Under the pieces are notes generated by a model. That model saw only the letters and a list, made by a program, of their open reading frames with translations. It searched no databases and was not told where the DNA came from. A stretch of DNA of 64,000 bases, taken from NCBI GenBank assembly GCA_963825865.1, contig CAWGVG010000046.1, positions 13,739 through 77,738 on the forward strand, in the 5' to 3' direction. Origin of the DNA: an uncultured Nitrososphaeraceae archaeon (GTDB lineage Archaea; Thermoproteota; Nitrososphaeria; Nitrososphaerales; Nitrososphaeraceae). Positions 57,374 to 64,000 of this stretch are shown here, piece by piece; positions within the stretch are counted from its first letter, which is position 1; every line of letters begins with the position of its first letter. A program made the translations under genes and the position numbers.

Positions 57374-58400
57374 ATGTTAGATCTCTATTCTGGATATCAT
57401 ATTTTAATTTATGGAATAATTGTATCTGCGATCTCCTTCTTTGTTGTGCTATTTACAACACCTAAAATAATAAGTTCATTGGTAACAAAAGGCGAAGTAG
57501 TAGAAGATTACCATAAGCCCGATAAGCCCGCTGTTCCAAGACCAGCTGGACCAGTACTACTTATCGGAATCGCATCAGCTGAAATTGTTCTTTATCTGCT
57601 AACATTGAATATAAAAGTAATTGCTATTTTACTCACATCTATAATCGCGTTCATTGTCGGATTTATTGATGATAGAAAAATTATGCCGGGATGGTTCAAA
57701 CCTATCGCTTTAATAGCAGGCAGCGATCCCGTTGATAGCTTTGGGAGCTCATGGAACTCATCTCAATCTTATATTTGGTAGTGCGTCTATTCCACTGTTA
57801 TACATCCCACTCATACTAGTCATCATTTCAATTGTTGGCAACACCATTAACTCGATCGATGTTTTTAATGGCGTGGCAAGTGGATTCGTAATCATTGCTA
57901 TGATTCCGCTTTTAGTCAGTATAGCTATCTTTGGCAGCAATGAAGTATTCATTGCTGCACTTCCTTTGCTTTTTGGAACAATTGCATTTTATAAATATCA
58001 TAAATATCCAAGTAAAATATTTCCAGGTGATTCCGGTACTTTGTTAATAGGCGCAATGTATGGGGCAGTTGCAATTACAGGCAATTCTGAAATTATTGGA
58101 ACTATTGCTCTTTTGCCTGCAGTAATGAATTCATTCCTGTTTCTTGCTACCGTCAAGAAAATTGTTGAGCATAGACAAGTTAAAGTTCGACCGGTAGTCT
58201 TGATGGATGATTTCAAGATAGCGGCAACAAAAGAAAGGAATGCACCTACTACACTTGTAAGATTAATCCTAGCGGAAGGTCCACTTTCAGAAAAAGAGAT
58301 CGGCTATCAAATATTCAAACTGGCAATATTTACTTCATTGCTGGCATTCATTTCAATTGTTATTCAATATTCTTTTCTATCAGGAGTACTCCATCGATGA
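57374..58400 (+). CDS. MraY/GPT (GT4) UDP-GlcNAc:dolichyl-phosphate transferase, AglH-like (frameshift)
   Basis: DYHK, GFIDD, NTINSIDVFNG, KIFPGDSG, multiple TM segments. Confidence 0.88.
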
Positions 58401-58627
58401 GCCTTGCAGGTCTGATGGGATTTATTACAATAATGTGGATAATGATATTGACAGTGGCAGCATTTCTAGTAATGATTGTAGTTCCGATAGACGTTGTTTT
58501 ATTTAGAGATAGAATTGATAGATGGATTACATCCATTATTCAGGCATCCATAGCTATTGGAATTGTATTAATATTGATATTTGCATTAAGCATGATGAAG
58601 AATATTTATATGCAAAGAAAGATCTGA
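58397..58627 (+). CDS. Small two-TM membrane protein
   Basis: ATGA overlap with the preceding stop; two hydrophobic helices. Confidence 0.6.
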   Translation: MSLAGLMGFITIMWIMILTVAAFLVMIVVPIDVVLFRDRIDRWITSIIQASIAIGIVLILIFALSMMKNIYMQRKI

Positions 58628-58691
58628 TTGCAAAACGATTACTTTGTATTACAGATAATATTCGTGTTAGGTTCGGTCAATACCTTTTTAA

Positions 58692-58901
58692 TTATTCTTT
58701 ATCCGCTGTGTAGATTTCTTTAGGCTTTGAATAACCTCGGTCTTCTAAAAAAGACCAGTTTTTGCCGGAAATTGTACAACCGATACGCTTGTCTTTTGAA
58801 AAAAATTCGAGCTCATAGTGACTACAGCGGATTTGATATTCGTGCTTTAGAGATTCCATTTCTCTGAGAGTGTCAATATGCCTGACAGAGTTTTCTGTCA
58901 A
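58692..58901 (-). CDS. Hypothetical protein
   Basis: 69-aa ORF with TATA-like sequence upstream. Confidence 0.35.
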   Translation of the reverse strand: MTENSVRHIDTLREMESLKHEYQIRCSHYELEFFSKDKRIGCTISGKNWSFLEDRGYSKPKEIYTADKE

Positions 58902-59774
58902 TATAATACTTACTTCTATATGATTTTACTTACTTATCAATGTTCTTAAAATATATAATAAATTTTCACTAGCGAAATAGAGATTTTGTATATGATAGTG
59001 ATACAGTCTTGCTTCGATTTACAGACATATATGAGGACAATAGACGAATAATGAATAGCTGATAGACTGACTCAAGCAATATCTAAATCAATTCCATAGT
59101 CGACAGTATAATGGATGACAACTGGGAACTAATCGGTTCGTCCGATAATTCGATTCCACTATGCGATCATAATAAAATTATAGAGTATATCACACATCGA
59201 TACTATACGTAATCAAAAAGGATCGTAAAGAAAAGAAATCTATTTTTTAGGATAAGTTAGCCCATATACAAGTGACATTGTTATTAAGAACCTGAGTAAT
59301 TTTTAGACTACCAAGATTTACTAGAAACAGAAAAGGAAATGCAAGGTATTGTTCAAAGTTAATTTTGGAATACTATACTAACTAGTATAGGATATTTACT
59401 TTTAGTGTCATTTTGTTTACACATATACATAATATCGAATATTATAATATTCAAAAGCATATTACAAAAGGATTTGAAAGATGTCCAAGACTTGTAAATG
59501 AAAGTAATTTCTTTCTTGCTTATTTTGATTTATCGCACATTTGTATGTATAGTATATAGTACTCTTTAGTATGATAGTGACACAATACTCTCTTTATTCC
59601 ATCATTAGCACAGTATTATAGAATTATTTACAAGGTTACAGCCCCAAAATCATTTTCCTACCGAGAAGACGTGGACAAATCAATGCCATATTATCCAGCT
59701 AGGAATTTCATTATCAATTAACGAACGAACAAATTACTATGATTAAAATTGTGGAAGGATCCTAATTAAGAGAT

Positions 59775-60158
59775 TTAATTGTTCATCGACTTGGCGACAA
59801 TTTCACCTGTTGCGCTATCTATATAGTAAGTGTAATTATTTTTTTTAACTTCCCATGAAAAATAATTTGCTGTTGTTATTGTTGTCTCCGTTTTACCAAG
59901 ATATTTCCCAATCGAATTAGAATTTATATTAGACTCAAACAAGGATCCATCACCCTTAATGTAGACGTATCTTATTGAGAAATCGTTTATATTATATCTG
60001 GTGAGGTTCTGTTTTTGCGCAACAATCGCAACTGCTGCTTCAGATGATAATGGTGCAGAAAATAAAGCCGGTATTTTTAAAGAATTTTGTAATCCTAAGT
60101 ATACTAAGACTGTCATAGTGATACCAATTGCAACTAAAACGACTATTTTCTTGTCCAT
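59775..60158 (-). CDS. Membrane-anchored protein with PepSY-like C-terminus
   Basis: N-terminal TM, LSSEAAVAI, WEV...YYIDSATGEIV. Confidence 0.6.
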   Translation of the reverse strand: MDKKIVVLVAIGITMTVLVYLGLQNSLKIPALFSAPLSSEAAVAIVAQKQNLTRYNINDFSIRYVYIKGDGSLFESNINSNSIGKYLGKTETTITTANYFSWEVKKNNYTYYIDSATGEIVAKSMNN

Positions 60159-60837
60159 ATTTATTATTTTATTATCGCGCAGAGCAAAAACCCTTTACTT
60201 TATCTTTTACATATATATCGACTCGTTTTGTCGTATATTGATAATAATGTTTGTTGGTTCGCAATAACATGTAAAAATACATAGAATATAAACTTGTTGC
60301 AACTGCTAAAAAATAAATCGGCCAACAACTAAAGGTAAAGCGACTGAAAGTATGACATGTCAAACCTGTTGCGACGCATATATTTACATTAAAAGTCAAA
60401 TATAAAAGATTTCACCACGTAAATGATCCTAACTAACTATAGGTTAATAACCATGCTATTACTATCCGTGTATGTTAATAGATAACATAATAGTAAGGAT
60501 GAGTAATTACATCAATAACAGGCCTCAGCCCGGCGGTTCGATGATCTATACACTTATGACTATTTACAGTCTAGTCCCATCTTTAGATTACTGGATTTTG
60601 CTTCATTTTTTACCCATATAAACAAGTATCTTGCCAAATGGAATTTTTTTGGCAGTAGTTCACGCGACACAATAACATTGCAACAACCAGGTGACAAACG
60701 TGAATCTATTGGCTACATAGAAAGCTAATAAAAATTGAAGCAAAGAAATATAGAAGATACGCCAATATATGTTCATCAGCTCCATTTGCAAGTATTATTT
60801 GAAAAGCTTTTATTATTACATCTTTTTATAGCAAAAC

Positions 60838-61180
60838 ATGAAACGCGTAGAAGCCATTATCAGTAACGAGAAGGTTTTAGAATTAAATGAAGCATTGAAA
60901 AAGGCAGGAGTGGGTGGTTGCACAATTTTCGAATCAAGGGGTCGGGGCAAAGGTGCAAAGCCGGTGGTAGAAAGTGATAGGGGGACAGCAAGATACTCTC
61001 TGAATTTTCAGTCAGAGCCAATATTCTCTAATAGTTGAAGATTCTGAAGTCGAAAAAGTGGTTAACACGATAATAGCCACAGTGAGCACAGGTTCCGCTG
61101 GGGATGGCAAGATCTTCATCTCACCTATTACAGACGCAGTTGACATAGGAACAAAAAAACAAGGAGAAGAGCTGCCGTTA
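60838..61180 (+). CDS. P-II nitrogen regulatory protein (GlnB/GlnK family), frameshifted
   Basis: MKRVEAII, RGRGK, TGSAGDGKIFISP, AVDIGT. Confidence 0.88.
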
Positions 61181-61214
61181 AAAGTTAAGCATAACGATAA
61201 GACTTATACATCGA

Positions 61215-62665
61215 TTAGGATTTAAAGAATTTCTTTGTTTCTCCGAGCGCTAACATTCGAAGCGATGCGATTTCGAAACGATAGGTAGATCTCAGACGAC
61301 CTTACCTATGGACAGGCAATGACGATGAGGCAATGTCTTTACTATTGATCTGACGGTATCATTATCAGCTAAGGATACTTTTGATATTTTGTCCAAGTCT
61401 ACGTCATTCGTAAAGTTGAACAAAAATATGTTGTCTGCTTGTCGGTAAATTCCGTCGCCTATGGCATCTGGCTGGTTCGTGATAAAAGTTGGATAAATTC
61501 CAAAATGTCTCATCCTAGTTATGATATCCTCCCAGTATGTTTCCCGAATATACAGATGGGCTTCTTCTGCAAACAGAAAGATCGGAGGAATTATTTCCTT
61601 CTCCAGCAAGTCAACCAGTTTATTTAGGACCAACTCTACTACCATGCGTCTCACCAAGGGGATTATCTTGGCCATGCTTACCACGATTACCGCGCCTTTA
61701 TTTTTATTTGAAAAAATATTTTCGAATTTAAGTCCATCTGCATGATTTTGTAAAAATAACCGAGATGCCTGCATTACGTGGAATCTTGAAACCAGCGCAT
61801 CGCGCACTAGCTCGTTAATATTCCATGTATTGATCGCCTTTCCGAAAGCTCGATTTCTAGGTATCCCTGTTTTCAAGCCAATCCCAGATTCGGAAGAATT
61901 CTCGCATTGATGCAGCTGGAGTGTCGAGAGCATTCTTGAGTACATTAGAGATAGCCGACTTGCCACAATATGCGAGAGAGAAACTTAATCCCTTTCCCGA
62001 TTGCAGTATCTTGACTTGATTTGTTAGCGAAGAGGGAGATCCATCATGGTTGGTTGCAATTCCGCCGTACTCATTATTCAAGTCAAATACAATCACAAAG
62101 GCGCCGTGCTGCACGAGTGTCTTTATAAGAATCTTTGAAAGATGTGATTTGCCAGATTCCTTTTTACCGGTAACAATATTTAGTTTGCCGTCAAGATCCT
62201 CAGCATATATTTCAAAATCTTCGTTATCTCCTCTGGTTCTGCCTAGTTTAATAGGAAAGATTCCCGTCCTTCCGAGAGACTCGTTCAATTCAGTGATGCT
62301 TAAGCGTCTTAGTTTGGAATATACCCTTGATGGGATCCAAGTTACATCGCTTGATAGTCTCCTGATGCATCTATAGTTCCGCGTATTTTAGTACGGAATA
62401 ACCTCGCATCTCTGATCAGTCTTGATAGGGTTGCGATGTTGAGCGGGTCGTGTAAATTTTCCGCACTCGATGCAGTTATTACTTCATCCCTTACAATATC
62501 TTCAATCAACGACTGGGACGAAAGATAATCCTCATCATAAATCTGAGCTATCATTTTTCTGTTCAACTTTCCGTCTTCGATCAAGAGATAGTCACCCTTA
62601 CTGACAGCGTCACCTTTCATTGCCAGTATCACAAGTTCATTACTATTTTTTGTTAGGACTTTCAC
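61215..62665 (-). CDS. HerA-like ATPase/translocase (several frameshifts)
   Basis: HAS-barrel-like N-terminus, GKKESGKS Walker A, VFDLNNEY, LFAEEAH, RMRHFG, TNQP. Confidence 0.85.
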
Positions 62666-63687
62666 GCCGGAATAGACCCTAGCAAAGTTTGACGGATATC
62701 TTCTGACGGCAGCTCAGTCACATCATAGTTGCTCAAGAGGTGGCCTCTAAGACACGCGATCTCTGTATTACTAAATGTTGAGACATGGTGTGCAAGACAT
62801 AATGTTTCAGGATAGCCTCGACCCATCGAATCATTTGTTAGCAATTTACCAATTGAGTTGTCTATATCGCCCTCGGGACAAACAATATCTGCACGTAGGA
62901 TAGGACTATTGTTATTTCCAAGCTTTACAAGGAGGTTATTTCCTATTGTGCTTCTGCTTAGGCTCTGGATAATCATTTCAATATCCATATACGCTGCCTC
63001 ATTGAAATTTGTGAGGGGAGCCGAGACTTTATCTAGAAGTCTTAAGGAGGTGCTTTTGCTGATTCCCAACAATACGTTCTTACGAACAGAACAATTCTCC
63101 GCTATCGTTGTAATGCTTTGGTTTTTATTCTCAAAGGGTGACGATTTTAATGCTCCGTCAACAATGATTATAGATTTTATAAAATGACTTGAAAGTTTAT
63201 CTGTATAGCCCGTTCAACTTGTAACCTAATTAGTCTTCTAGCCGATTCTCCATCAAAAAGAACCAACTTTGCAAGTCTGTGGTCAAGTTCGGAGGTCCTA
63301 ATAGTCTCCTTGTTTAAATAAACCAAGATGGGACCTATTTTGAAGTGCATGATTGCCTGACCGTTAATTGCGAATGCAATCCCACTTTTTATGGCGTACA
63401 GAGAGCCGTCTTCAGTTTCGGCGATCCTGATGCTGCTGGAATCGATGGCATACAGCTGCAGCCTCATTAACGGGCCGGATCGGCTTTATTGTTCTTTCAC
63501 AACCTGGATTACATCTGATCCCCCATCCACCAAGTGGTACATGATTTTTCTCGTAACAGCTAAAGACAATCTTTTTCCCATTAAGAACATTCTGCAGCTT
63601 GAACGACAGGCTGCCTCCTATTGACTGGTCCAAACTATGTTGAAATTCATTAAAGTCAATCTCGGCCGAATTCAATTGTGTATTCAT
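62662..63687 (-). CDS. NurA-like nuclease (frameshifted)
   Basis: YAIDSS, IIVDGAL, LGISKST, GYPETLCLAHHVS; overlaps the herA start. Confidence 0.8.
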
Positions 63688-63733
63688 GTTGTGCAACAAT
63701 ATAACACGGATAGTTATTAATGTTGTGCAACAT
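63687..63733. promoter_or_regulatory. Two TGTTG-TG-CAACA palindromes flanking a TATA-like box of the nurA-herA promoter
   Basis: TGTTGTGCAACA at 63687-63698 and 63721-63732; TTATTAA between them. Confidence 0.5.
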
Positions 63734-64000
63734 GCACAAGATGGGCTTGTTCAGCAACAAGTTTATGTGATAGAAATTGTCAATGTTGTATGTCCCTCCT
63801 ATGACCGAACGGATTTCAACTTCACCCATTGGAAGTTAAGATTAAATTAAAACATGCGGGACTGAATGTCTTAAATAACCTGTCTGGAGAGTAAAATTAA
63901 ACAAGTAGTAGAACATGTTCTTCTAGTATCTAATATTCTCCATTGGCCTGCAATTATTCAAGTTGGGAATGCTCAGATTACTGAATTGAAAAAAGAGATA

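Noticed and set aside
58900-59770. Long ORF-free interval (likewise 30880-31800)
   Set aside because: No repeats, hairpins or recognisable relics; such spacers are common in this lineage

Overview
AT-rich archaeal DNA that reads as an ammonia-oxidising thaumarchaeon of the Nitrososphaeraceae type. The assignment is inferred from the conserved thaumarchaeal ferredoxin, DUF6659-like, MEDS and receiver proteins, and low-complexity N/S/Q tracts. Housekeeping blocks are radA; adenylate kinase-Sm-tgtA; rfcS<>gins-mcm; hel308; an AglH/MraY-type transferase; P-II; and nurA-herA. They are interleaved with accessory, decaying regions. Many genes, including essential ones, carry single-base frameshifts, most likely unpolished long-read errors, so I joined split ORFs by hand. 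Mobile DNA comprises two near-identical IS5-family copies with TIRs and TSDs, a second DDE IS with perfect 18-bp TIRs, and two IS200/IS605 elements. One of the latter holds a three-level nest (IS5 inside IS630 inside tnpB). The best candidate for an undescribed system lies at 19930-23144. There a MinD/ParA ATPase precedes a fusion of a KaiC-like ATPase, a Cys metal-binding (TRASH-like) domain and a class III nucleotidyl cyclase with non-canonical catalytic residues. A divergent gene encodes a free copy of the same Cys domain. Other signals are a second cyclase-like gene hidden by a frameshift, a HEPN-motif gene, a collapsed GC-rich bacterial-type operon, a duplicated promoter block, a tRNA 3'-end relic and twin palindromes around the nurA promoter. 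I saw no CRISPR array, rRNA or intact tRNA. All family assignments come from motif recognition; no searches were run.
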